A stretch of 63,199 nt of DNA, filler included, from Octopus bimaculoides (GCF_001194135.2; 9 parts of 8 records of this genome joined end to end with filler, not necessarily neighbours in it), one strand, 5' to 3'; positions 1-11,770 are shown, counted from the first letter of the whole stretch. Numbers and translations: made by a program. Notes: a model not told the origin generated them from the letters alone.

Positions 1-70
1 TATATGCATATATATGTTTATTTCGTGTTCCAAATTTGTATAATGTTTGTATGTATAATATATTTTATTT

Positions 71-213
71 ATTATTTACATTCAATGGATATTTGTCCTC
101 ATATTGTTTGTTGTTAACATGTTTCGGCTGATATACCCTCGTGCCTTCTTCAGGTGTCTTGGGGAAATTTCGAACCCAGGTTCTTATTCCTAAGGTATTT
201 TTCGATGTTATTA

Positions 214-245
<32 letters not shown>

Positions 246-505
246 GTTAAGGTCACTGCTTGGAATCGAACTTGGAATCTTGGGGTTAAGAGCACGGGTT
301 ACTAACCCCAAGATTCTGACTTCGATTCCAGGCAGTGACCTGAATAATAATAATAATAATAATAATATCGAAAAATACCTAAGGAATGAGAACCCAGGTT
401 CGAAATTTCTCCAAGACACCTGAAGAAGGCTGGAGGGTATATCAGCCGAAACATTATGTTAACAACAAACAAGATGAGGACAAAGATTCGTTGAATGTAA
501 ATAAT
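71..505. repeat. Large imperfect inverted repeat (foldback): arms about 71-288 and 303-505, 14-nt loop; each arm = B-box-like segment + (AAT)n + body + hammerhead-like motif
   Basis: GGGGTTA (282-288) pairs with TAACCCC (303-309). GGTCACTGCTTGGAATCGAA pairs with TTCGATTCCAGGCAGTGACC. CAGGTGTCTTGGGGAAATTTCGAACC pairs with GGTTCGAAATTTCTCCAAGACACCTG. ATTATTTACATTCAA pairs with TTGAATGTAAATAAT. Confidence 0.92.
415..460 (+). ncRNA. Minimal type I hammerhead-ribozyme-like motif (partly decayed), Penelope-terminal-repeat style
   Basis: GACAC-CUGAAGA-A-GGCUG(gaggguauau)CAGCC-GAA-ACAU-U-AUGUU: CUGANGA box, extra A, 5-bp stem II, GAAA box. Two G>A changes (ACGU>ACAU, GUGUU>AUGUU) would restore a palindromic stem III and stem I. 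A more damaged mirror copy is at 113-158 (minus). Confidence 0.55.
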
Positions 506-1724
506 GTACATAATTCCTCATCTCTTAGAACTGTATATTTTATTCAGTATAAGTTTCATTTGATTTCCTTTGATATTATCAGTATAATGGCAATTTTACT
601 GAAATTTTTTCGGGGTGTACATAATTCTGTGAGATACTGTATATGTGTGTGTGTGTGTATGTGTACATGTGTCCGCATGCATGTATGTATGTGTGTGCAT
701 GCACATGTCTTTATTTAAAAAATGGCTGTCACTGCTTTTGCGTTTTTTCAAATAATAATAAGCATACATTATCACTCTGTTTCAAGTGTAGAGTTCTATG
801 CGAGGTGCTGTGATTGTTTCATTAACAAATTTAGTTTTGAACATCTCTTGAATTTAATGTTCTAAAGGAAAACTCCTCTTTAAATGTATTTTCTGAAAAA
901 ATTTGAGAGTGAAATTAAAATCCTCCTGATTAAGCAGGAAAATTTAGTTTGTTTAGAACAAGACTATGTCCAGTCTCTGGTTTATTATTCTCTTCTATTA
1001 TAATGTTCTGTAATAGGACTGTTATCCCACAGAGAAAGAAAGCAGTAGTTCTTGATGAGTCCTACTCAGATGCCCAGTAACATAGCAATTATTTCAAGTT
1101 CTCTACATAGATTCCACTGTTGAAGTTGTATTGAATGAAATTTACATGTTAAAATCAGATTCTTTCAAATGCAATGAATGAGTGATGGGGGTTGGTGGTT
1201 TTGAATTGCCATTAAGCAATGAAACAACCTTTACTCCACTTTGAAGTGATAACTGTAAAAAGTTACTATGCAATCACAACATGCTTTTCAGCATTAATTT
1301 GCTAAACATTTATTAATGTCACATAAATAACAAAGGACCATCGACTTTGAAATAAGCTGCTAAATGAAAATCTCACAGAAAGTGAATTTTCTTTCAAGCA
1401 AGAAGAGAGAGAGAGAGTCTCTGTCTTAGCTTTAAACCGTTCTCAATGCCAGACCATTCAGACTTTCTTCTGTGCAAATAATTAAACATACACTCTTTTG
1501 GGGGTTTGGGTTCAGGACTTGATGCAAGCTCTGTGTTTATTAGCAGCAGTTTCAACTTCATCAGTATCTACTTCACAAGAGTCGAACCTGTGCTGGGAAG
1601 GTAGGAACAGACGTATCTCATGCAATATAAGTCCATGCACAGTGTTGAAGCTGGGCCAAATGATATTGGATCTGCATTCTTTTTAAGAAAAAACTTCAAT
1701 ACTAACAATAACAGGTTGTGTGTC

Positions 1725-1727
<3 letters not shown>

Positions 1728-1804
<77 letters not shown>
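1728..1804. repeat. (TA)n microsatellite, representative of dozens of TA/CA/TATG tracts in the window
   Basis: Uninterrupted TA run. Others include 6014-6058 (TATG), 21348-21437 (TA), 26345-26427 (TAT), 37920-37990 (CT), 43985-44105 (CATA/TA), 55240-55317 (AAT). Confidence 0.97.
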
Positions 1805-1819
<15 letters not shown>

Positions 1820-2349
1820 GTATATATATGTATATATATTTATATAGACGTGTGTGTATGTATACATACATATATGTATGTGCACATATATGTATGTATA
1901 TAGATGTGTGTGTGTGTGTGTGTGTATGCGTGTGTGTGGTTGGCAGCACCATATGTATTTGACCTGTATCTGTTGCTTTTCTTAACCTGCAGCACATTGC
2001 GTTTCCTCTAGAACTGTTTCCCCTACTACAGGGGGGGAATCTCATATGGTTGCATGAGATACACTCACTGTGTGCTAAAGGTTAATGACCAATCAAGTTT
2101 TCCAAGTTGGGAAAATAAGCACTAGATGAAGTATTTCTGTTTCACTGACATAACACTTGCATATATCTTCAATATCCAACTTTGCCCTCACTTTACCTGT
2201 GATTCTCTTTCATGTAGCTTACATATAATCTCTGCATCATCAATCTATTGAAAGCATGGGCCATAAGATTGCCCAGCACATTAGATATAGTAGCCAAATC
2301 TCCCTCAAATCTTACCCTAGCATCCGAAAGAAGGACAGATAGTGTAGTC

Positions 2350-2382
<33 letters not shown>

Positions 2383-2469
2383 TGCAAGACTGAAAGAATC
2401 TCTGGGCTTCCAACGGAAGATGGAAAAGTGAAATACTAAAGCAATCACTATCAACAAAATGTGACTCAC

Positions 2470-2612
2470 GTGTCTCCAAATTCATCATTGAAATCTTTCT
2501 CAAGACGGGCCAAAATCATGCAAAATAAATCCCGTGGGCAGCTAGCAATCACATACTTGTGCATGGTGGTGGTCAGGGTAGTCAGAGTAGAGAAGTCACC
2601 CTGGATTCGAAT
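2470..2612 (-). CDS. NACHT/STAND NTPase gene, visible exon 7 (IRIQGDFSTLTTLTTTMHKYVIASCPRDLFCMILARLEKDFNDEFGD)
   Basis: ttacag|ATT acceptor and AC|gtgagt donor; 143 nt, phase 0 to 2. It continues ...LLDE from exon 6 and fits the post-NACHT helical pattern E.R..G.F..L / LF..IL.RLE.DF. Confidence 0.88.
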
Positions 2613-3890
2613 CTGTAAAGGTATAACTGTGGCAATGAATGGAAAGCCAGCCTGGCAGACGCAAAGACAATTCATTTCAGTCTTTCTTTTTTTATGTCAT
2701 GCCTTTTGTGAATACTTATATAATTTTATACTTATTTTGTACGTTTATATATATATATATATATACACACACATATATATATATACATACACACACATAT
2801 ATATATATATATACACACACTCGTACATATATATGCAGGCGTGTATGTGTGTGAACCCACATTAAAAAAAAGATCAGTACTTAGTTCACTGACTTCAGCG
2901 TTTGTTTTCAAAGGGCTCACCTCCACCTCCCCTACATACAAATAAGAGAAGGTACAGCAGCACAGATGACAATGGTTTGCCACTGCTCCCATCTATACTA
3001 CGCGTTTGGGAGTGAAGACATTTCATTGTTACACTTATCATACACCGACTGCCAGTGTGAAAGGTCTGTTGTCTGCTTGTGGTTGCAAAAAGTTTGAGTC
3101 TTAACCAGCTCTGAACACAGAGATATGAAACTGATAGATTTCTAATATTGAGTGATCACACACACTTTAGTGGCTGGAAGGAAATAAGATTTTGTCAGTC
3201 ATTGAGGAAGTTAACCAATAACTATCAATGTCAATGTAAATATTTCAAGTGCATGTAGTACAGACTGAACTTGAGCTCAACTTTTTGGAAATCATTTTCT
3301 GGATAACAGTGTGTACAAAAGGGTTGACAAAACTGGAAAAAAAAACCTTCTCAAATTGACCTACTTGTACTACTGTATCACAACCACAACCAAAGAAAGT
3401 GAAGCTTTGTTCAGTGTACCATCCCCAGAAGTTGCAGTCTTGGCTGTTCTGCACCGGAGTCCAAATGCAAGGAGCTCTCAACAACCAGAAGTGGTAACAA
3501 TTGCTGCTGTTCACATATTCTTCGTATATCGGAAAAAGATTTCTATGAGGTTGCCAGGTTGGTCATGACATTCTGACCATGAAACAGATACTACTTCACT
3601 TAGTATGAATAGCAGATGCAGTACTCTGTCATTCAGATGCATGCATATGTGTATGTGTTTAGATACATGGCCTAGTGGTTAAAGGGTTGCATTTAGGATC
3701 ACAAGATCATGCTTTCAATTCCCAGACGTGGCAGTGCATTGTGCTCTTGTTACTCCAGTCAACTCCACTGTTAAAGAGTAATGCAGCATCCTGTTCAGTG
3801 GGAATGTTATGATCTCAGACACGTGTACACCACGGAAACTGTTTAACTTGCTCTGAGTCTTAGGACTAAATATATTTATGTCCATAGGGA

Positions 3891-3927
<37 letters not shown>

Positions 3928-3968
3928 AATACATAAACATACACAAGCACACTTATTGATTAACTTAC

Positions 3969-4163
3969 TTCATCCAAGAGAGCTCGCAGAAAAAGTGGAT
4001 TGTCACTCTGTGGTATGGCCACTATCAGCTCTCTTTGTTCGCTGCTTAATGTCTTGCCATATGTTTTCTGAAAGTATATGTCAATAATTTCGCTCTTCTG
4101 TTTAAGGGTCAAGGGTTCAATTTGAATGCAAGGCCAACCAAAGTCTTTGATGTTTTTACAAAC
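3969..4163 (-). CDS. NACHT/STAND NTPase gene, visible exon 6 (VCKNIKDFGWPCIQIEPLTLKQKSEIIDIYFQKTYGKTLSSEQRELIVAIPQSDNPLFLRALLDE)
   Basis: ttgtag|GTT acceptor and GAA|gtaagt donor; 195 nt, phase 0 to 0. Contains the GW...PL, YGK.L and NPL.L motifs typical of TEP1/NWD/NPHP3-like NACHT proteins. Not listed in the supplied ORF track. Confidence 0.92.
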
Positions 4164-4227
4164 CTACAATTAGAATTCATAATAATTGTACAATGATAAC
4201 CTTTGAACCACTGAAATGCTGATATAA

Positions 4228-4265
<38 letters not shown>

Positions 4266-6013
4266 AGTTAGTCAAGAGGAAGATATTGTAACCATAGTCT
4301 TTGCCGGTTTTCCCACACTGGTTAGGTCAACACGGTTGGTGTTTCTCTTAAATAACTTCAGGAAAAACATGGACCACAAATAAAATTCTGTACTGAAGAT
4401 GAAATAAAGGATTAGGTATAGTGATTATGATACCGTATAGAGATGTGGATAGACTAGAAGTGCTGAGAAGAAACAAGTGAGTCAGAAGTTGCTGCAAGTG
4501 GATGATGCTTGGAATGGAAGGTTAAGGAGGAATGAAGAGTGATAGAACCTGCATAGAAGTGTGCAGTATTGGAAGTAAATTGTTGATGCATAAAGAAAGG
4601 GTGTGAGGCAAAATCGAACGTTGGGCTATGCTATATATATGGGCATGGGGGCTGGTAGCTCTACTTGTGCTGGTATAGTTATAGTGGTGATGCTGGTGCT
4701 GTGGTCGCTGGTGTTTCTGCTACTTAATGTGTAGCTGTCACTGCCACTTCTGCTGTTGTCATTGTTGTTGTCGATGTCATTGAATGAACTCCTACAGCTG
4801 TTGCTCTGATTGTTGAACAAGCATCTCATCCAGACACACAAGTGCAGTTGCTTGTTGAATAGGTACAGCCTAAGGGTCTCCTTTAGTTGTGCACATGAAT
4901 TGAATATTAGCAAACATCCATAAAATGTGAGAAGAAGCCAGGGAGTATAATGTTGCCCAGTATGTGTGTGGTGGGGGCACATGCAAGGCTGAGGGATTGT
5001 ATATGAGGTTGTGGTGGTATGCAGCCCTAACAACCAGAGTAATAATAGCAGCAGTGGCTCCTCCAACAACATTGATGACAACAACGGAGGTGGCAGGAGC
5101 ACATCAAGTGGCAGACCCACCTGCATCAACAACAACTACAACACCAGCACTATAGCCAGAGATGATAACCAGACCAGCACCAGTGGAGCCACCAGTCTCA
5201 TGCTCACAATTAACAGCAATGGCAACAGTAGCAGCAACACCAACACTACAGCCGAGGATGATTACTGCAATGGCAACAACAATGGAAGATGCACCAGAGG
5301 TGAGAGCATAACAAGCACTGAAGCCTGTTCAAGCACAAGTCCTCTTTTAGGGTTCCAGAAAGATGTTATGTCACATCCCTGGCCAGCCATATGTAATGTC
5401 TTTAGGATGAAGGAACTCATATAAAATTAGATGGAGGACCATAGAGCAGCCTGGGTCCTATATAAATGTAAACAGATGATGCGAGTTATGCATAGCAGAA
5501 TGGGCAAGGATCATTAAAGACTTGCTGGACCTGGAGTCTCTCTTAAATTCAAGGCACAAAATGTATAGCCCCCCCCCCCCACACACACACACATTTCAAA
5601 CACTCCCTGCTGCAGGCATGAGATTTCCTGTTCATTGATTATGGCTGTAAAAGTATTTGTGGACTGGAATCAACATAAGGGCAGATTCCCAGTTTGCCCT
5701 TTCGGCCCATAAGATTTGCTGACTGGACTGGGTTAAAGGCGATAACCCATCCTGTTTAAGGCTCAGACAATGTATATTATTCTTTTGTTTGCAAATTAAC
5801 TGACCATAATGGTTTCCTACCTCCAGTTTGAAGAGAGAGGTATATGCCTGTGACAAATGGAGTCTGACGAGTCATCCATAAAGTTGAGCACTTTATGGAT
5901 GTAAAACCATTGGTCACTCTATGACCGGACATATATTTATCTTCATGTAAATACATTTCTGCTCTAACTTTTAGAGTGTGCTTCTTTTGGGATATATGAT
6001 CCACTGATGATAC

Positions 6014-6044
<31 letters not shown>

Positions 6045-6436
6045 TGTATGTATGTATGCATGTATGGATGCATGCATACATACATATATAGCTCAGTTCC
6101 ATAAGTTTCACGTATTTGTAAAATGAACCTATGTCATCAAGTATCTAGAAATGAGCAACAGATTTTGAGACAAATTCAAGACAGCTTCTACATGTTGGGT
6201 CTCTATTGGTCAGCTTACATCACATTGTATTAATTCTGCATTAACACCACATAGCATTGGCTGATACAATGCTGCAGTAATAAAGTTGTAAACAATTATT
6301 CATGGTGTCATGCAGAAGTATCATATGCAGAATCACGTGGTTGAGAAGCAAATAGCTTAACAGCCATGTCTGCTTCCATCCAATGAATATTTTAATTTTG
6401 AAATTGGTTGTGAAAGTAATAAAACATTATATTTAC

Positions 6437-6519
6437 TTTTCCTGGAAGAGTTGACAACAAGATGTTTACATTCTTAGATGAATTTAACAGAGGTATCCAC
6501 GAAAGATCAACTTGTGTGC
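6437..6519 (-). CDS. NACHT/STAND NTPase gene, visible exon 5 (S-TQVDLSWIPLLNSSKNVNILLSTLPGK)
   Basis: ctccttccag|GC acceptor and AAA|gtaaat donor; 83 nt, phase 1 to 0. DL.W.P...ILST is the motif expected after Walker B. Confidence 0.88.
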
Positions 6520-6692
6520 CTGGAAGGAGAGAAAATTAATATTTGCAGTTGTTATTTAGCTAACCCTAACCCTAACCCACTAAAACTGATACAAACTAAT
6601 TTTCAAGAAAACAATTCCTTGTCTGACAGACAAGTCCCCATTTGGTTATACTCCATTCAGTTATCAATGAATAATGTAAAATGATTTCTCAC

Positions 6693-6868
6693 TTGTGTTT
6701 CCACGTCCCAAAGCACTATCAAGGTGATTCAAAGCATCAAAGACCAACACACATTTTCTTCTTGTTCCAACTAGTTTCAACCATTTTGTTAAATTTTGAA
6801 GAATTGTTGCATCAGAAAATGGAATCTCAACTTCTAGTCCAAAAGAAGCTTTCAACTCTTCATATAAT
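6693..6868 (-). CDS. NACHT/STAND NTPase gene, visible exon 4 with Walker B (R-LYEELKASFGLEVEIPFSDATILQNLTKWLKLVGTRRKCVLVFDALNHLDSALGRGNT)
   Basis: ttttag|A acceptor and A|gtgaga donor; 176 nt, phase 2 to 1; hhhhD motif VLVFDALN. Confidence 0.9.
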
Positions 6869-7277
6869 CTAAAATTAAAAATGATTTTGTTTGATACAAG
6901 TAAAAAAAAAAAAAAAAGAGGATAAAAAGAAGAGGGTGTTGGTGAAGACAGTGAAAATGAAGACATGGTAGGTCTATATACATTCCACTATTATTGATCA
7001 TTTACGTAGCTACATAAATAAATACATATTTGCAGGGAGTCAACAGGTGTGTGTGAGGGAAGGTGTCCATCACTGATGATGTTGATGAGGATGATTATAT
7101 TTCTACATTCAGATGACACAATGGTGGTAGGACGCAGCAACTTGTTGAAAGTTAATACATTTATAAAATGTTTTATAGCTAATGATGAAGTTAATTAGTT
7201 CCAGTAATTATGAACTAATTAAAAATATCACATTTCAAATATGTTGACTTTTCAAAGGAGGAAATTATCAGATTTAC

Positions 7278-7407
7278 CTGTGTAACATTTTCAGGCTTGA
7301 ACAACTTTCAGGTGAACTTCCAATGAAATGTAAAAAGAGGAATGTATCAGGTTCCTTCTGTTCAAGTCTGAAGCACCAGTTTGCTAGCAGAGATGATTTA
7401 CCACAAC
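7278..7407 (-). CDS. NACHT/STAND NTPase gene, visible exon 3 with second half of Walker A (G-CGKSSLLANWCFRLEQKEPDTFLFLHFIGSSPESCSSLKMLH)
   Basis: ttgtag|GT acceptor and AG|gtaaat donor; 130 nt, phase 1 to 2. It completes GESGCGKS with exon 2; HFIG.S is characteristic of this class. Confidence 0.93.
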
Positions 7408-7879
7408 CTACAAATTCAAAGAAATATAACAAGAAAGCACAAAAAGCATGGATTCGTATAAAATCATATAAAATCTCATTTGCAACAACAAAAAGAAAAA
7501 TGAAATTTATTAACCGTTCATTGATTAGAGTTAAGGATGTTTTAGGAAAATATCTTAAGAAATTAAGAAGTAGGGAATAGAAATAACCATTTACATCTTA
7601 TAGGAGGCATGGTTAAATAGTCATGAAGTTTGGTTTTTAATTCAGTCGTAAAGTGTAGCAACCTGGGCAAGTGATCCCAGCCACAATGGCTGAGCAATGG
7701 CTTGTAACAGACATTGTACTAACATACACAGGTTGTGAGTCAATGACTATCATTTATGCAGTTACCTCACCCAGCATATATTAAAGTTAACAGATTTTGT
7801 TGAAAAGTGAAATGGAAATAAAATAGAAGAATTATTTGCTGTTACCATTATGTATGTTGTTAACTATGATAGGCTCCAT

Positions 7880-7927
<48 letters not shown>

Positions 7928-8392
7928 TCACTTTATATTTCTCTTTCCCACACACACATGAATGCCCACATATACCATATTGGACCTTTTATCTGGCTTC
8001 CAGAAATCCAGGAACACTGTGCAATATATTGTATCTTGTATTGAGTAAACAGACTTTGTTTCTGAAGTTGGTTGATTTGCATATGATGGGTTAAAACTAG
8101 TTTTGTTCTTTATTTTTTTATGTGCATTGATAAAGATTAAGCGTACTTTGTTTAAAATTGTTTTAATTTGTACTTGTACCTGTTAAATATAACCATGTTC
8201 TTTACTTTTCTTTATCTAATTTTCATCTTGTCAACATTATATTCTATACATAGTGGAGTATAATATAGCTTAAGGATTTTAAGAGGATTGATAAATATTA
8301 AACAGACCTTGCTTTAAAAATGTATTACTTTAAAAACAACTTAGCTCTTTTCTTTTCACACTTTATTTTATACTCTAAGAATATATTTAGAT

Positions 8393-8890
8393 CAGGGGTA
8401 AATTACCTCAAGTGGGGTGAAAATGAAATTCTTAGGGGTAATAAGGACTCATTAGACATAAGTAAAATTTACTAAAAAAAAAAACCCTTTTCCTTGTTAC
8501 AACAGAAATTTTTCTTGTGGCTTGAGGAGGCAGTCAAAAAGTTGCTCCCTTTTGCGAACAAGTATTTTCCACTCTAATGAGCATAAAAACAAAGCCGAGT
8601 AAATTATTGGACCCAAAGACTCTGTCCAAATTGCTCTGGCATCAAAATGCCCTAATTTTGATGTATTTCTAACAAAAAATGAAACAGCATCATTTCTTCA
8701 AAACCTTTTGTTTCATGAGGATATTTATTTATTTTATTGCATTTGTTTTATGCATTTTATATTTATAATTCTCCATATAAATAGATTCAATAAACTTTTC
8801 AAATTCAATGAATCTATGATTTTTTTCCCTTTCAAATCAAGGGGGTAACATCAGCATAAATAAATATATTTTGGAGTAATTGGCTAAAAA
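8393..8890 (+). mobile_element. hAT (Charlie-like) transposon remnant
   Basis: Starts CAGGGGT. 8530-8700 reads, with frameshifts, AVKKLLPFA..FSTLMSIKTK..SKLLDPKDSVQIALASKCPNFDVFL..KQHH, matching the hAT C-terminal dimerisation region. Confidence 0.62.
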
Positions 8891-9129
8891 AGTACTTTTG
8901 CTTCCAACTGTTTTGGACACCAGTGTAGATTTGAATGCATTAATTATGTTGATTTTGAGTAAGCAGATATCAGGAGTTAATGCAAATGTAGAGGTCTTTT
9001 AGAAATTATAGAAGATAATTATTGAATGTATTCTTCCCCCAACTGCCAGTTTTAGCCAAAGAGGAGCTGTTTTAGCATCAACTGACTTATATGCTCATTA
9101 TATTTAGGCCCTCTGTGCAGATTTAAGTT

Positions 9130-9365
9130 CTTATTTCTTTATTACCCACAAGGGGCTAAACATAGAGGGGACAAACAAGGACAGACAAAGGGATTAAGTT
9201 GATTACATCGACCCCAGTGCGTAACTGCTACTTAATTTATCGACCCCGAAAGGATGAAAGGCAAAGTTGACCTCGGCGGAATATGAACTCAGTACATAGC
9301 TGCAGATGAAATACCGCTAAGCATTTCGCCTGGCATGCTAACGATTCTACCAGCTCGCCGCCTTA
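9130..9365 (-). mobile_element. tRNA-derived SINE, family A (head AAGGCGGCGAGCTGGYAGAATCGTTAGC)
   Basis: A/B-box-like head, shared body GAGGTCAACTTTGCCTTTCATCCTTTCGGGGTCGAT. Further copies at 23441-23607 (-), 36778-36930 (-), 46255-46410 (+, decayed) and 19925-20000 (-, decayed). Confidence 0.8.
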
Positions 9366-9999
9366 GGTTTCTATTTACTGAAGCATCTTTATGATAGGAA
9401 TCCTATCATACAAATGGATAAGCCAGAGGATACAAAGACACATCATGCAGAAATGTTTCTCGTGTCTTCTATTATCACATAGAGACTGTCTATGATTCAC
9501 AGGCATTTGGAAATCTTAGAGGAACAACTGCGCAATTGACCTTCATACAGGTGATGAGGTTCTTTACTCTGCACTTTCTCACATTCTGTTGCAGTTTACT
9601 GAAGGCAGTGATAGCTTCATTGGTGTTTTCTGCTTTTGAAATTGCACCACTGAGGCTCTCATGAACCTGTTTTCATATCTATCCACAAATATATTTTTGC
9701 CTGTGTATACTTGTAAATGTATCAGTGTGAGTTGTTAATGTGTTCTATGAAATTAAATTCTTTTTGAAACCACTTGTTTCTTGTTTTGATTCTCCTACTC
9801 AGGACCTAGATATCTTCCAAATAGTTTACACATGAAAAGTCTGTGGAAGTCTGTTATGGGAGTGTTTGTGATGATGGCTAAATAGATATCAACATGCATG
9901 AATCATATAAAACCATCTCCATTCGCATTCAAATATCTACAAAACAAGAAATAATGTCAAGTATATGTAGAAGTAATAAAAAGTTTTCCTCCTTCTTAC

Positions 10000-10192
10000 C
10001 AGACTCCCCAAGAATGACAATAGGGTTTTGTGAAGTTTCCATAAAATCATCAATCTGCTGGAAATATGTATCCCCTCCAATATAGACATGTCGTCTGACA
10101 TCTGCAAATGCCTGGTGAGCTTGCCATCTTTCTTCTAGCTCTGACAGTTCACTGCCTTGAGGGAAATCTTTCTCCAAACATTTAATAATGTC
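10000..10192 (-). CDS. NACHT/STAND NTPase gene, visible exon 2 (DIIKCLEKDFPQGSELSELEERWQAHQAFADVRRHVYIGGDTYFQQIDDFMETSQNPIVILGES-G)
   Basis: ttttgtag|GAC acceptor and G|gtaaga donor; 193 nt, phase 0 to 1. H..F...R...YIG is the pre-NACHT motif, followed by the Walker A strand. Confidence 0.93.
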
Positions 10193-10599
10193 CTACAAAA
10201 GACAAAATAAGTTTATTATTATTATTGTTGTTGTTGTTTATCTCTAGGCTATACCATGATTGAAAAAACTATGGAGGACTGCACCAAGCTCCATTTGTCT
10301 GCTTTGGTAAGGTTTCTATGGCTGGATGCCCTTCCTAATGCCAAGCACTTCATAGAGTGTATTGAGTGCTTTTTACATGGTACAAGCACAGGCACAAGTA
10401 AGGTTACCAAATAATTCACAAAACAGAACCCCTCAAGGAGTGTAGAATTTGAGGGAGGTGGCTTTATACCAGGTGATGGGAGGTTAAGGTATGATAAAGG
10501 GATAAAAACAGGTATTTTGTGGTAGAAGAGCTACATAGCTATCCCAGTTGGGAAAGGAAAGATGGTGCAGGGGTGTCAGAGATTGTCCTGAACATTAGA

Positions 10600-10960
10600 A
10601 CAATGAACCAGAGGAGGATTGGATAGAGTGAATAAATATATGCGATAATAAGAGTGTGAACAAGAGTGGCAGATGGATAAAGACAAGGATAGAGGAGGAA
10701 TGCAGTGAATGGTGAACATGTGTGGCAGTGTGGTTGATGGTGAATGTCAGTTTGGAGGAGGAAAGGTGGAGTAAATAAGATTGGAGATCAAGAAAGTGAT
10801 AGGTAGCAGCACTGGTAGTGTGGAATGTGGGCACTGTACAAGAAATGCATAGAGTGCTAAGGACAAGGTCAGAGGTACATAGCCGTATGAACTTAAGCAA
10901 AATGAAAGAATGCACAGAGGAAGAATGGAGGCAAAGGGGACACTCAGCAGAAAATAAGAC
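10600..10960 (-). mobile_element. Possible old CR1-like LINE 3' remnant (similar purine-biased piece at about 4410-4620)
   Basis: Strongly purine-biased decayed sequence; reverse translation gives fragments such as YSTFPPPN, loosely like CR1 C-termini. No clean motif. Confidence 0.25.
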
Positions 10961-11129
10961 ATGGATACCTGTTGTAATTGCTTGTGGAATGCTTTACATA
11001 GTATTCTTATTTGATGGTGGTTTTTAGGTAAAATTTTTAATTATATCAGCTAATCTGAAATTGGTCAAGTGGACAAGATTCTGATCAAGAGAACATAGTT
11101 ACTAATCTCTCTAGAGTTGAATTTTAGTT

Positions 11130-11770
11130 GTTTCCCTAGATCTAAACTCCTCCTCATTTAAACCTTTCCATAAACCTAGTGAGAAACTTACATATATGAA
11201 TAAACAGTCTGGTCACCTTCCTGTAATATTTAAAAACCTCTTGCTTTCATAGTTCTCATTCTTTTGACATCTGTTCCCAGTTCTGCATATTTTATGATTT
11301 ACTCATTTTCTTTACTATTGATGTAATGATCTCATGGGTAATAAATACCTCCTTACAATAGTTATGTCAGGCCTGATATGTTCAAGAACTCTATCTTTCT
11401 GGATTGTAAAGCCTCACAAGAGTTGCACTGTCTGATTTTCTAGAACCTTTTCTGATTTATGCTGGTACCATTTTTCAGTTTGGAGGTGTAAACACATTTT
11501 ATCATATCTTTAACATTCTCACTGCACAAGCATGTCATAGACACTCATGATGTGTGTCACACTTTCCACCTTTTTCTCACATAACCTACACTTATTTGAT
11601 TTTTCTGTGTTATACATTTTCCTTATTGAGTTTGGGTTTAGCACTTGATCCTGAGCAACCACTAACAAGCTTTCTGTCTATCTCTTAAGATCACCTTTTT
11701 CATGTAATTCCATACCTACCCACATGGATAGAATGCCCTGTCGTATTTGTTCTGGATCTCTTCATTCTGA
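11130..11770 (-). mobile_element. R4/Dong-like (restriction-like-endonuclease) non-LTR retrotransposon remnant
   Basis: Through stops it reads KCRLCEKKVESVTHIMS...KWYQHKSEKVLENQTVQLL*GFTIQKDRVLEHIRPDITIV: a CCHC-type knuckle followed by the W.F.IQ.D..+.H.RPDI endonuclease motif. Confidence 0.75.

Noticed and set aside
1492-1592. Phase-compatible candidate next NACHT exon (ccttcccag|C ACA GGT...GAG T|gtatgt) with one in-frame TAG at 1570-1568 that A-to-I editing could recode to Trp
   Set aside because: All three frames contain a stop, and the peptide (TGSTLVK*ILMKLKLLLINTEL) lacks the expected SR.GL.E.EL motif. Editing-dependent readthrough is unsupported without RNA-seq.
2090-2330. Other possible continuations of the NACHT gene (VRFEGDLATISNVLG...; CKCYVSETEILHLV)
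   Set aside because: There is either no family-like motif or no phase-2 acceptor and donor pair without stops.
2872-2930. Exon-like segment EVEVSPLKTNAEVSEL on the minus strand
   Set aside because: Its phase and position are incompatible with the clean exon 6 to exon 7 junction; the equivalent motif is already supplied by exon 6.
6563-6580. (CCCTAA)2-3 telomere-like repeat (also near 46806)
   Set aside because: Too short to indicate an interstitial telomere; expected by chance or within repeats.
9500-9690. Open minus-strand frame VHESLSGAISKAENTNEAITAFSKLQQ... inside the Walker A intron
   Set aside because: It has a purine-rich acceptor and the wrong phase for the host intron (an immediate stop in phase 1), and matches no recognisable family.
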